NCBI RefSeq assembly: GCF_003010495.1
Contig: NZ_CP027570.1
Span: 1,230,001 to 1,262,000, forward strand
Origin: Megasphaera elsdenii DSM 20460
Lineage (GTDB): Bacteria; Bacillota; Negativicutes; Veillonellales; Megasphaeraceae
Reading direction: 5' to 3'
DNA: 32,000 nucleotides
Part shown: positions 8,198-19,981 of the stretch, in pieces
How the letters are laid out: each line of letters starts with the position of its first letter
Position numbering within the stretch: position 1 is the first letter of the stretch
Position numbers and translations under genes: made by a program
The notes under the pieces: model-generated
Databases searched by the model: none
What the model saw: only the letters and a program-made list of their open reading frames with translations
Told to the model about the DNA's origin: nothing

Positions 8198-9255
8198 TGA
8201 AAGGTGTCCTCATATTAGAGAATGGACAGAAGTTTTATGGCAACATGCTGATGGATGAACCGGCTGTCGGCGAAGTTGTCTTCAATACGGGCATGACAGG
8301 CTATCAGGAAACGTTCACCGATCCGTCCTATGCCGGTCAGATCATTACCATGACCTACCCGCTCATCGGTAACTACGGTTTGTTCCACGAAATCGAACAG
8401 GCCGACCGTCCCTATGCTGCCGGCTTCATCGTCAGCGAGCTCTGTGAAGAACCGAGCAACTGGCAGAACGAAGGCAAGCTGTCTACCTTTATTATGACAC
8501 ACCACATCCCCTGCCTCTACGGCGTCGATACGCGTGCCATTACGCGGGCCATCCGCAGCCAGGGCGTCATGAAAGGCGTCATCGTGCCGGAAACGATGGA
8601 AGAAAGCGCTATCAAGGAACTCTTCGATACGCCGCTGGAAACGCAGCTCGTCCGCCGCGTCACGACGCGTGAAATCAAGCACATGGGCGATGGCCGCTTC
8701 CACGTCGCCGTCATGGATTACGGCGCCAAAGCCAACATCCTGCGCGAACTGGTCAACAGCGACTGCCGCCTGACCATTTTCCCGGCTGAAACCAAGGCTG
8801 AAGAAGTCCTGGCCGTCAATCCGGACGGTATCTTCCTGAGCAACGGCCCTGGCGACCCGAAAGACGTCCCGTACATCGTCGAAGAAGTCAAGAAGATGAT
8901 CGGCAAGAAACCGATTTTCGGCATCTGCCTGGGTCTTCAGATGCTCGGCCTGGCCCTGGGCGGCAAGAGCCGCAAGCTGACCTTCGGCCACCGCGGTGCC
9001 AACCATCCGGTCAAGGATATCCGCACGGGCCGCGTCTACATCACGTCCCAGAACCACGGCTATGTCATCGACGAAGCCTCTCTGCCCGATGACGTCGTCA
9101 TCACCCATCGCAACCTCCACGACAACACCCTCGAAGGTTTTGAAGTTCCGTCCAAGAAGATCATGTGCGTCCAGTACCATCCGGAAGCTTCGCCGGGACC
9201 GACTGATAATTTGTATCTGTTTACACAATTCGTCAAGATGATGGAGGAAAACTAA
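8197..9255 (+). CDS. carA: Carbamoyl-phosphate synthase small (glutaminase) subunit
   Basis: The glutamine amidotransferase motifs GICLGLQ and the HRGANHPV region are present. There is an ATAATG overlap with the pyrC stop. Confidence 0.93.
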   Translation: MKGVLILENGQKFYGNMLMDEPAVGEVVFNTGMTGYQETFTDPSYAGQIITMTYPLIGNYGLFHEIEQADRPYAAGFIVSELCEEPSNWQNEGKLSTFIMTHHIPCLYGVDTRAITRAIRSQGVMKGVIVPETMEESAIKELFDTPLETQLVRRVTTREIKHMGDGRFHVAVMDYGAKANILRELVNSDCRLTIFPAETKAEEVLAVNPDGIFLSNGPGDPKDVPYIVEEVKKMIGKKPIFGICLGLQMLGLALGGKSRKLTFGHRGANHPVKDIRTGRVYITSQNHGYVIDEASLPDDVVITHRNLHDNTLEGFEVPSKKIMCVQYHPEASPGPTDNLYLFTQFVKMMEEN

Positions 9256-9256
9256 C

Positions 9257-12460
<3,204 letters not shown>

Positions 12461-12464
12461 CTTA

Positions 12465-12558
12465 TAGTTTGTAGTATGGAGTTTGTAGTTTGTAGAAGCT
12501 GATTTTAAATTTTTTACCATTTTCTGCAAACTAAAAACTGCAAACTAAAAACTCAAAA
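12465..12558. repeat. Inverted pair of heptad arrays
   Basis: TAGTTTG TAGTATG GAGTTTG TAGTTTG TAGAAGC lies at 12465-12499. It faces CTGCAAA CTAAAAA CTGCAAA CTAAAAA CTCAAAA at 12524-12558, which is an approximate reverse complement. Confidence 0.75.
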
Positions 12559-12590
12559 GGCACTGTCTTAATGCGACAGTGCCTTTTTTG
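12555..12590 (+). terminator. Rho-independent terminator of the pyr/car operon
   Basis: GGCACTGTC-TTAATGC-GACAGTGCC followed by T6. Confidence 0.9.
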
Positions 12591-12629
12591 TCGTATAATA
12601 AAGGCATACTTTGAAGGGAGGTTTTTGGT

Positions 12630-13103
12630 ATGAATATGAAACGTGGGTTAATGATTTTATCATTAGGGGCCGCGGTGGCTCTCGGAGGTTTTGGCAGCGG
12701 TCAGGCTTTTTTCAACAGTCCTTTGGCTGCGAATAGTCATTACAGGCCGATTAATTTTGGCATGGGTTATGAAATGTACGTCGATTTAAGTTCGCTGGAA
12801 ACCGTGAAGGATGACGGTCAGGGATGGACTTTTAAGGTCAATCTCTTCCGGTCGCCAGAGGATTCGGGGAATATTGAAGGGACGTATACCCTGACTTATA
12901 AGGTGGCTCATGGCCAGGCCTGGCTGTATAATGATTCGACCCATAGCTGGCAGGAAATCCCTATGCGCAAGAAGGAAATCAAGCACAATCAGATTGCCGA
13001 TTTCGTCGCCGTCAATCTCTGTTACAAGCAGAAGACGGGCCAATATCTGAATGACGACTATGGCTATGCCAAGGGCATGGAGCGTTATTACAAGGGGGAG
13101 TAA
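12630..13103 (+). CDS. Small secreted hypothetical protein
   Basis: The RBS GGGAGG is followed by an ATG. An N-terminal signal peptide is present (MKRGLMILSLGAAVALGGFGSGQA). I recognise no family. Confidence 0.6.
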   Translation: MNMKRGLMILSLGAAVALGGFGSGQAFFNSPLAANSHYRPINFGMGYEMYVDLSSLETVKDDGQGWTFKVNLFRSPEDSGNIEGTYTLTYKVAHGQAWLYNDSTHSWQEIPMRKKEIKHNQIADFVAVNLCYKQKTGQYLNDDYGYAKGMERYYKGE

Positions 13104-13240
13104 CGGCGGGAACGGCTCTTCGGGGACCGGCACTGCACCGCGGCGACTGCATCGGCATCGCAGCGCCGGCCACGCACGATGAAGGCCAGGATATTTCTGA
13201 GGCCGTAGCTAGGCTGGAACGGGCCGGTTATCGCGTCAAG

Positions 13241-14029
13241 ATGATGCCGACGGTCACTGGGAATTATGGTTTCTTTTCCGGGACCGATGCGGAACGGGCC
13301 CGCGATATCAATGCCTTGTTCCACGACGATGATGTCAAGGCCATTATCTGCCTCAATGGCGGCTACGGCTCGGCGCGTATCCTCGATAAGCTGGATTATG
13401 ATTACATCGCGTCTCATCCCAAACTGGTCGTCGGCTTCAGCGATGTGACGGCCTTGCAGACTGCCCTTTGGGAAAAATGCCGCTTAGTCACAGCCAATGG
13501 ACCGCTCATGGTCACCCTCGGCGGCTCCGATGCCTATACGGCAGGCCAGTTCTTCCAGGGCCTTACGACAGATGCATGGCAAGGCCCCCTGGCCCTGCCG
13601 GCCGGGCGGAAGCTGACGACCGTCGTTCCGGGACAGGCGGAAGGGCCGATCGTCGGCGGCAATCTGACGGTCCTCACATCCCTTGTCGGTACGCCTTATG
13701 CCCTCGATGGGACGGGCTGCATCCTGGTCCTGGAGGATACTGGCGAAGATGCTTACCGCATTGACCGCATGCTGAACCAGCTCTGGCAGAGCGGCCTTTT
13801 GTCCCGCGTCGCCGCCATCGCTTATGGCGATTTCACCGACTGCCCCAACGACCCGGGCGACTTCACGACGGACCAGGTCCTGGATTATTATGCCCATCTG
13901 GCTGGAAAAACCGCCATCAAAGGACTGCCCGTCGGCCATACCAAGGATAAGGCCTTCGTGCCTTACGGCGTCAAAGTCCGCCTCGATGCCGACAGGGAGG
14001 GCGCATCGCTTACCTTTATTGATGTTTGA
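13241..14029 (+). CDS. LD-carboxypeptidase (peptidase S66, LdcA/MccF-like); the 5' end is problematic
   Basis: The Ser nucleophile context VVGFSDVTAL is present, as are LEDTGE and GHTKD. Family-like sequence (LRGPALHRGDCIGIAAPA) continues in frame upstream to about 13118, with no ATG/GTG/TTG between the in-frame stop (13052-13054) and 13241. Confidence 0.75.
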   Translation: MMPTVTGNYGFFSGTDAERARDINALFHDDDVKAIICLNGGYGSARILDKLDYDYIASHPKLVVGFSDVTALQTALWEKCRLVTANGPLMVTLGGSDAYTAGQFFQGLTTDAWQGPLALPAGRKLTTVVPGQAEGPIVGGNLTVLTSLVGTPYALDGTGCILVLEDTGEDAYRIDRMLNQLWQSGLLSRVAAIAYGDFTDCPNDPGDFTTDQVLDYYAHLAGKTAIKGLPVGHTKDKAFVPYGVKVRLDADREGASLTFIDV

Positions 14030-14057
14030 TGTTTGCGGTCCAGGGACCGCGTTATCA

Positions 14058-14170
14058 ACGGGATTCAGGCGGGCCGCAGCCTCTGCTGTCCGTTCTGGCA
14101 ACCGTCCTGCGCCTTCCGTTGGTCGGCACCTGACGGGCCAGAAAGGCCCTCTGGGACGGCCCCTACGGTT
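14058..14170. repeat. Partial copy of the interior of the 393-776 element, plus a REP hairpin
   Basis: CTGCTGTCCGTTCTGGCAACCGTCCTGCGCCTTCCGTTGGTCGGCACCTGACGGG...GGGACGGCCCCTACGG parallels 500-592. Confidence 0.6.
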
Positions 14171-14207
14171 ATTTACGATTATTTATGTAAAAAATCGTGC
14201 ATAATTC

Positions 14208-14236
14208 TTGACAAAATATTAAAATGCATCTATAAT
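14208..14236 (+). promoter_or_regulatory. Consensus sigma-70 promoter of the arg operon
   Basis: TTGACA at 14208-14213, an exactly 17-nt spacer, and TATAAT at 14231-14236. Confidence 0.8.
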
Positions 14237-14251
14237 GAATAAAAATTCAAA
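14234..14251 (+). promoter_or_regulatory. ARG box (ArgR/AhrC operator)
   Basis: AATGAATAAAAATTCAAA fits wNTGAATwwwwATTCANw and the Bacillus consensus CATGAATAAAAATTCAAG. It overlaps the -10 box. Confidence 0.75.
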
Positions 14252-14294
14252 GAATAGTCAGGGCACAGCCCATGTGATATAGGAGTGATGAAGT

Positions 14295-15239
14295 GTGAAA
14301 ACGAAAGTATTCATTGATGGTCATGAAGGGACGACGGGCCTTCGGATTCATGAACGGCTCAGTACCCGCCAGGATATCGAATTGGTCCCCATTGCCGACG
14401 ATGTCCGCAAGGATCCCGACGCCATCCGGGCCTGCATGAAACAGGCCGACATCGCCTTCCTTTGTCTCCCTGACGGTGCTGCAGCCGAAGCCGTAACGCT
14501 GGCTGAAGGTTGTGACGTCCGCCTCATCGATACGTCGACGGGCCGGCGGGTGGCACCGGGCTGGACTTATGGGTTCCCCGAATTATCGCCGCAGCAGGCC
14601 GAAGCTATTGCCAAGAGCGACCGCGTCGGCAATCCGGGCTGCCACGCCAGCGGCGCCATTTCTATCCTGCAGCCTTTGACGGCAGCCGGCATCGTTCCGG
14701 CCGATTATCCCGTAACGGCGTTCTCTCTGACCGGGTACAGCGGCGGCGGCAAGAAGATGATTGCCCAGTACGAAGGCGACAAGAGCCAGGATTTATATGC
14801 ACCGCGTCAGTACGGCCTGGTCCAGCAGCACAAACACTTGCCGGAAATCGTCACGATCTGCCATTTGACGCAGGAACCGGTCTTCACGCCTATTGTCGAT
14901 GATTATTACAGTGGCATGGAAGTCATGATTCCTTTCTTCAGCCAGTTGCTGGCCAAGAAAGTGACGGCTCAGGACGTATGGCAGGTTTTGGCCAGCCATT
15001 ACGACGGCTGCCCCTTTATCCATGTCCTGCCCTTCGGTGAAGACAAGGGCGGCTTTATCGCAGCCAATGATATGAGCGGCTACGACGATATGGAAATCCT
15101 AGTCACTGGTAATGACCAGCGCATCATGGTTACGTCCTTGTTCGACAACCTCGGCAAAGGCGCTTCCGGTGCAGCTATACAGAATATGAACCTTATGATG
15201 GGCATTGATCCCACGACAGGGCTTAATTTAAAGTATTAG
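14295..15239 (+). CDS. argC: N-acetyl-gamma-glutamyl-phosphate reductase (short type)
   Basis: GTG start 9 nt after AGGAG. The active-site region GNPGCHASG is present, and the protein is 314 aa. Confidence 0.9.
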   Translation: MKTKVFIDGHEGTTGLRIHERLSTRQDIELVPIADDVRKDPDAIRACMKQADIAFLCLPDGAAAEAVTLAEGCDVRLIDTSTGRRVAPGWTYGFPELSPQQAEAIAKSDRVGNPGCHASGAISILQPLTAAGIVPADYPVTAFSLTGYSGGGKKMIAQYEGDKSQDLYAPRQYGLVQQHKHLPEIVTICHLTQEPVFTPIVDDYYSGMEVMIPFFSQLLAKKVTAQDVWQVLASHYDGCPFIHVLPFGEDKGGFIAANDMSGYDDMEILVTGNDQRIMVTSLFDNLGKGASGAAIQNMNLMMGIDPTTGLNLKY

Positions 15240-15266
15240 ATGAATAAGATGAAAGGTGGAGTCAGT

Positions 15267-15992
15267 ATGAGTCAGGTTTATGATAGCCTCAGCGTACCGC
15301 AAGGATTTCAGGCTGCCGGTACGTATAGTGGATTATGTAGCAGCCGTGTGAAATTGGATGTCGCTATGATCGTAAGCCGACGGGACTGCTCCATCGTTAC
15401 CGCTACGAGTCAGGGCCTGATGACTCAGGAAGGTAAGGTACTGCTCCTGCACAACGGTACGGCCCTGCCCGATGGGCCCCGGGGCCATGAGATTTCTCAG
15501 GAAGTCTGCCAGGCTGCGGGGAAATGCATGGATGAAGCGCCCGAAGATATCGCCTTGGTTGCCAGCGGGGCCAAGGGCCAGTATTTCCGGCCGTCCCTGC
15601 TCATCCACAGTCTCAAGACGCTGACAGCTGGGTTAGGGAATGACAGTCAGCCGCTGGAAGCGGTTCTGGATAACTCCGGTGATGTCACAGCTTATCAGGT
15701 CGCCTTATCCAGTGGTACGCCGGGCTGTTCCTTGAGCGGTATTGCCGCTGACGGCACGGCCGACAGCGATGGCCTTTGCGTCATCATGACCGATGCCCAG
15801 GCCGGCAGTGCTGTCATCGAAGGAGCCCTGGCTCAGGCCAAGGCAGCTATCGATACGGAAAACTTTACGTTCATCGTCATGGCCAATGGCATGGCCGGCA
15901 GCGGCCCTTGCAGCCAGGAAGATCTGGCCGCAGGCATGGAAGATTTGTTGAAAAAATTAGGCTTTCAAAATTCGTTGAAAGCTTGCAGTTAA
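15267..15992 (+). CDS. Degenerate ArgJ-like protein (truncated, lacking the autoprocessing Thr motif)
   Basis: The N-terminus VPQGFQAAGTYSGL...DVAMIVS parallels the ArgJ pattern PKGFxAxGxxxGl...DLxlI. The protein is about 241 aa against about 400 for ArgJ. There is no ATML site, and the aligned position reads DGLCVIMTDA. It occupies the argJ slot between argC and argB. ATG 15267 has the RBS AAGGTGGAG. ATG 15240 is the alternative start. Confidence 0.6.
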   Translation: MSQVYDSLSVPQGFQAAGTYSGLCSSRVKLDVAMIVSRRDCSIVTATSQGLMTQEGKVLLLHNGTALPDGPRGHEISQEVCQAAGKCMDEAPEDIALVASGAKGQYFRPSLLIHSLKTLTAGLGNDSQPLEAVLDNSGDVTAYQVALSSGTPGCSLSGIAADGTADSDGLCVIMTDAQAGSAVIEGALAQAKAAIDTENFTFIVMANGMAGSGPCSQEDLAAGMEDLLKKLGFQNSLKACS

Positions 15993-16919
15993 ATGGGGGA
16001 ATCTATTGCGATGTTTAAAAGAATCGAACTTGTCTCGGAAGATGTCAAATCCGTAACCAATGCCCAAAAGGCACAGATTTTGATGAACGCTCTGCCGTAC
16101 ATCAAGAAATACAGCGGCAAAATCGTCGTCGTCAAGTACGGCGGCAACGCCATGATCAATGAAGACCTGAAGAAATCAGTCATGGGCGATATCGTCCTCT
16201 TGAACCTCATCGGCGTCAAAGTCGTCCTGGTCCACGGCGGCGGCCCGCATATCAAGGAAACGCTGAACCGCTTGGGCATGGAATCGAAGTTCCTCAACGG
16301 ACTGCGCGTGACTGATGCGGAAACGATGAAAGTCGTCCAGATGGTCTTGGCCGGCCAGGTCAACAAGGATTTGGTCAACCTTATCGGGACGATTGGCGGC
16401 AAGGCTATCGGTCTCTGCGGCTTGGACGACCAGATGATCAAAGTCCAGAAGCAGAGCGATGAACTGGGCTATGTCGGCCGCATTACGGACGTCGACGTTT
16501 CCATTATCAAGGATAACCTGGACAAAGGCTATATCCCGGTCATTTCGACTATCGGCACCGACACCAACGGTCAGGCCTACAACATCAACGCCGATACGGC
16601 AGCGGCCAAGATTGCCGGCGCCCTCAATGCGGAATGTATGCTTTCCATGACCAATATCGATGGCGTCCTCAAAGATAAGGACGATCCCGATTCGCTGCTC
16701 ACGGAAATCACCCTCGAACAGGCACGGCAGCTGGAAAAAGACGGCATCATCGCTGGTGGCATGATTCCTAAGGTCCAGTGCTGCACTGATGCCATCAAGG
16801 CTGGCGTCAAGCGCGTGTTCATCATCAACGGCACGGTTCCCCATGCCATCCTCATCGAAATGCTCACCGAAGAAGGCCTGGGCACGATGTTCGTAGGGCA
16901 TTATTCAATCGGTAAATAG
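15993..16919 (+). CDS. argB: Acetylglutamate kinase
   Basis: ALPYIKKYSGKIVVVKYGGNAM and VLVHGGGP are present. The likely true start is ATG 16011, downstream of GGGGGA. Confidence 0.92.
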   Translation: MGESIAMFKRIELVSEDVKSVTNAQKAQILMNALPYIKKYSGKIVVVKYGGNAMINEDLKKSVMGDIVLLNLIGVKVVLVHGGGPHIKETLNRLGMESKFLNGLRVTDAETMKVVQMVLAGQVNKDLVNLIGTIGGKAIGLCGLDDQMIKVQKQSDELGYVGRITDVDVSIIKDNLDKGYIPVISTIGTDTNGQAYNINADTAAAKIAGALNAECMLSMTNIDGVLKDKDDPDSLLTEITLEQARQLEKDGIIAGGMIPKVQCCTDAIKAGVKRVFIINGTVPHAILIEMLTEEGLGTMFVGHYSIGK

Positions 16920-16983
16920 TCTTAGCAAAGACTATTTACGCCGTTCGCTCCCAGCATAATTACAAGAAAGAAGGAATCCCCCA

Positions 16984-18156
16984 ATGGCAGAAGATTATAA
17001 AACCCTTGATAAAGAATATATCGTTAATGTATACAACCGGGTCGGTGCTGTGTTGGACCACGGCAAAGGCGCTGTATTATATGATGTCGATGGCAAGAAA
17101 TATATCGACCTCAGTGCCGGCATTGCCGTCAACATCTTCGGTGTCTGCGATGATGTGTGGATCAAAGCCGTCGAAACGCAGCTCCATAAATTGAGCCATA
17201 TTTCCAACGTCTTCTTTACGGAACCTCAGACCGTCTTGGCTGAAAAACTCTGCCAGAAGACAGGCATGAAGAAAGTCTTCTTCTCCAACTCCGGTGCCGA
17301 AGCCAACGAATGTGCCATCAAGACGGCCCGCAAATATTCGTACGACAAATATGGCGACGGCCGTTATACCATCGTCACCTTGAAGAACAGCTTCCACGGC
17401 CGGACCATTGCCACCTTGACGGCGTGCGGCCAGGACTCGCTTCATGAAGATTTCGGCCCCTTCGTCGACGGCTTCGTCTATGCCGAACCCGATGATTTTG
17501 CCGACATGAAGCGGCTTTGCGAAGAAAACAATGTCTGCGCTATCATGATGGAAATGGTCCAGGGCGAAGGCGGCGTCCATCCTCTCGACAAGGAATACGT
17601 CCAACAAGTCGTAGAATATGCTCACGCTCATGATATCCTGATTATCGTCGACGAAGTCCAGACCGGTAATGGCCGGACGGGCTATCTCTATTCCTACATG
17701 GGCTATGGTATCCAGCCCGATATTGTCTCGACAGCCAAAGCCATCGGCGGTGGCCTGCCATTGGGCGCTACGATGTTCGCCGATTCGACGCAGCATACCC
17801 TGACTAATCACACCCATGGCTCGACCTTTGGCGGCAACCCGATTTGTACGGCTGGCGGCATTTCCATCATCGACCGCCTCGACGACGACCTTATGGCAGA
17901 AGTTCGGGAAAAAGGGAAATACATCAAAGAAGAACTGGAACAATGCGAACACGTCGACCACGTATCGGGCATGGGCCTCATGATCGGCGTCGCCCTCAAA
18001 AATAAAGCCCTCATGGACGTCGTAGAAGGCTGCGTAGACAACGGTGTCCTCGTCCTCACAGCCAATGGCCTCCTGCGCCTCCTGCCGCCGCTCAACATCC
18101 CTTGGGACGAATTGAAAGAAGCCATCGGCATCGTTAAGAAGGTCATCGATAAATAG
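16984..18156 (+). CDS. argD: Acetylornithine aminotransferase (class III PLP)
   Basis: FSNSGAEANE, the IVDEVQTGNGRTG motif, and the PLP-lysine context TAKAIGGG are present. Confidence 0.9.
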   Translation: MAEDYKTLDKEYIVNVYNRVGAVLDHGKGAVLYDVDGKKYIDLSAGIAVNIFGVCDDVWIKAVETQLHKLSHISNVFFTEPQTVLAEKLCQKTGMKKVFFSNSGAEANECAIKTARKYSYDKYGDGRYTIVTLKNSFHGRTIATLTACGQDSLHEDFGPFVDGFVYAEPDDFADMKRLCEENNVCAIMMEMVQGEGGVHPLDKEYVQQVVEYAHAHDILIIVDEVQTGNGRTGYLYSYMGYGIQPDIVSTAKAIGGGLPLGATMFADSTQHTLTNHTHGSTFGGNPICTAGGISIIDRLDDDLMAEVREKGKYIKEELEQCEHVDHVSGMGLMIGVALKNKALMDVVEGCVDNGVLVLTANGLLRLLPPLNIPWDELKEAIGIVKKVIDK

Positions 18157-18172
18157 AATATAGTTTGTAGTG

Positions 18173-18210
18173 AAAAAAGGCGCTGTCGCATGAAGACAGC
18201 GCCTTTTTTG
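18173..18210 (+). terminator. Rho-independent terminator of the arg operon
   Basis: GGCGCTGTC-GCATGAA-GACAGCGCC plus T6. It is preceded by TATAGTTTGTAGT (18159-18171), which is identical to the 13-mer after the carB stop. Confidence 0.9.
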
Positions 18211-18235
18211 CAGCCAGCGGTTAGCTGTTAGCAAA

Positions 18236-18345
18236 AAATACACGGCCAACGGCCTTGTGCGTAGGGGCTGTCCCGCTGAGGGCAGCCCGCTGCGAAATTC
18301 GACCACACCTATTCGAGTATAATGGTAGGTTTTTACGAACCACGA
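18236..18345 (+). repeat. REP unit of about 110 bp
   Basis: AAAAAATACACGGCCAACGGCCTTGTGCGTAGGGGCTGTCCC...GGGCAGCCCGCTGCGAAATTCGACCACACCTATTCGAGTATAATGGTAGG, then heptads ACGAACC ACGAACT ACGGCCT. Related copies lie at 18512-18625, 20118-20230 and 20405-20525, and in reverse at about 560-610. Confidence 0.7.
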
Positions 18346-18357
18346 ACTACGGCCTTT

Positions 18358-18731
18358 CCTCGGACTCAGATGCGGCGTTCCGCCGCGACAGGCTCAAATT
18401 AACAACGACGCTTCGGGAAATCCTCAGCGCGTAGCGGGACGCCCTCCGGAATATCCTCCGGGACGTCCCCTACGAAATCGCATACAGGCGATGGGAATGA
18501 ACGCAGTTACAGGGCACAAAAAAAAACACGGCCTGTGGCCGTATGCGTAGGGGACGTCCAAAGGGCGTCCCGTTGTGATATTCGACCACAGCCCATTCGA
18601 GTATAATGGCAGGCTTTTACGAGCCACGAACAATGAACCACGAGCCACGATTTTTTCCACGAGCCGAGGGTTACTCGAGGCGATGTCGTCATTCTGAGCC
18701 TGTCGCCGCGTAGCGGCATCTGAGTCCGAGG
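18358..18731. mobile_element. MITE-like element, copy 1 (374 bp)
   Basis: The left TIR is CCTCGGACTCAGATGCGGCGTTCCGCCGCGACAGGCTCA (18358-18396). The right TIR is TGAGCCTGTCGCCGCGTAGCGGCATCTGAGTCCGAGG (18695-18731). The interior carries REP hairpins and 5 heptads (18619-18653). Confidence 0.75.
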
Positions 18732-18775
18732 CGGCCTGCGAACGGCGAACTGCGACCGGCGGGGCCGTTAGGCCC

Positions 18776-19981
18776 TTATAATCGCAATTGGTAGCGGTAT
18801 GGCCGTATTTCTTTATTTATCCACAGATATTCTTCAGGAATTTTTTTCAGATGATTGTAGACTGTGTTTTCAGAAATGTTTAGAGTTTCTATGATTTCTT
18901 TTACGGAAACGCCGATGTCGGAAAAGATAGCCGCTTGCAGCAGGATATCGCAAATGGCAGCAGTGGTTTTATTTTTTGTTGATAGGGACGGCGTTTGGGC
19001 AAGTTTTTCTTTGGCTTTTTGATAAGTTTGATATTTGTGTTTGAGTGTATGGTGTGTAAAAAGCGTGGCCTGTTCGATGAACTGCAAAGTCCCTATGATG
19101 AAGGGGGTCAAATCTCCGCGATTGATATCGGCATCGGTATGTGAAAACAGGTCGTAGTATCTTTTGCGGTATTTTTTGATTAAGATAGAAACTTGCAGGG
19201 CTATTGCGGGATGTAAATGCAATGCCAACAAATAAGACGTGATAAATCGCGCCATTCGGCCATTTCCATCATAGAAAGGATGGATGTAGCCAAAGAAATA
19301 GTGAAAGATAGCAACACGAATTAAATAAGGGATGGTCTTGTCATTCAGCACATCGAGAGCTGCGTCCATCATCTCGATGATAGCTGATTCCGGGTAGACT
19401 CCTTGATGGATAGTTTTTTGTGCCGGTGAGACGATGTCGACACGATCCTTATGAAAGATTTTCCCATCAGGGAGATTTTTGGAGTCATCTCGTTTAATTT
19501 CATCGGCCAGAAAATCGTCGAAAAGCTGGCGGATATCCTGGCTGGTAGTTAAAGGGATGTATTCTTTTTGAATGATTTTGATGTATTTGTTGACGATGCT
19601 GCCCAACCGGTAAGATGACTGTTCCGATTCGGGGACGGAAAAAGCCATCAAGATCTCTTTCCTCGTACTGCGGACGCCTTCAATGTCATTGGTCGATTTG
19701 ATTTCATCAACTAGGGACATATGCAAAAATTGTGATATAGCGGCCGGTGGGACTTGATGTATAATATCGAGACAGTCCATGACTTCGCTGGCAATTTTTT
19801 CCAAGGATAAGGCGATTTCTTCAGTATAGCAGAAAAATGCTGGATGGCTTTGCCGACGATGATACTGCTTTATGGCCAAAGGCAAATGACGGCTAAAAGG
19901 GCTGTGAAACCGTTCCTGATATACTTTTTCCCATATTTGGTTGTCTTTGTAATAGAGTGAATACAGAGATTCATATTTCAT
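18776..19981 (-). CDS. Fic-family protein (class II, AMPylase-type) with a C-terminal wHTH
   Basis: The complete Fic motif HPFYDGNGRMAR is present. The N-terminal inhibitory motif TNDIEG fits (S/T)xxxE(G/N). The C-terminal wHTH is present. ATG 19981 lies 6 nt after GAGGTG, and I rejected the longer ORF-track start at 20077. The gene is visibly AT-rich relative to its flanks. Confidence 0.88.
   Translation of the reverse strand: MKYESLYSLYYKDNQIWEKVYQERFHSPFSRHLPLAIKQYHRRQSHPAFFCYTEEIALSLEKIASEVMDCLDIIHQVPPAAISQFLHMSLVDEIKSTNDIEGVRSTRKEILMAFSVPESEQSSYRLGSIVNKYIKIIQKEYIPLTTSQDIRQLFDDFLADEIKRDDSKNLPDGKIFHKDRVDIVSPAQKTIHQGVYPESAIIEMMDAALDVLNDKTIPYLIRVAIFHYFFGYIHPFYDGNGRMARFITSYLLALHLHPAIALQVSILIKKYRKRYYDLFSHTDADINRGDLTPFIIGTLQFIEQATLFTHHTLKHKYQTYQKAKEKLAQTPSLSTKNKTTAAICDILLQAAIFSDIGVSVKEIIETLNISENTVYNHLKKIPEEYLWINKEIRPYRYQLRL

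Noticed and set aside
18424-18719. Small ORFs inside the MITE copies (18424-18660 and 18507-18719, and their twins 20399-20617, 20508-20711 and 20209-20469)
   Set aside because: They lie in repeated non-coding DNA made of REP hairpins and heptads. The translations are R/G/P-rich, their frames differ between the copies, and there is no RBS.
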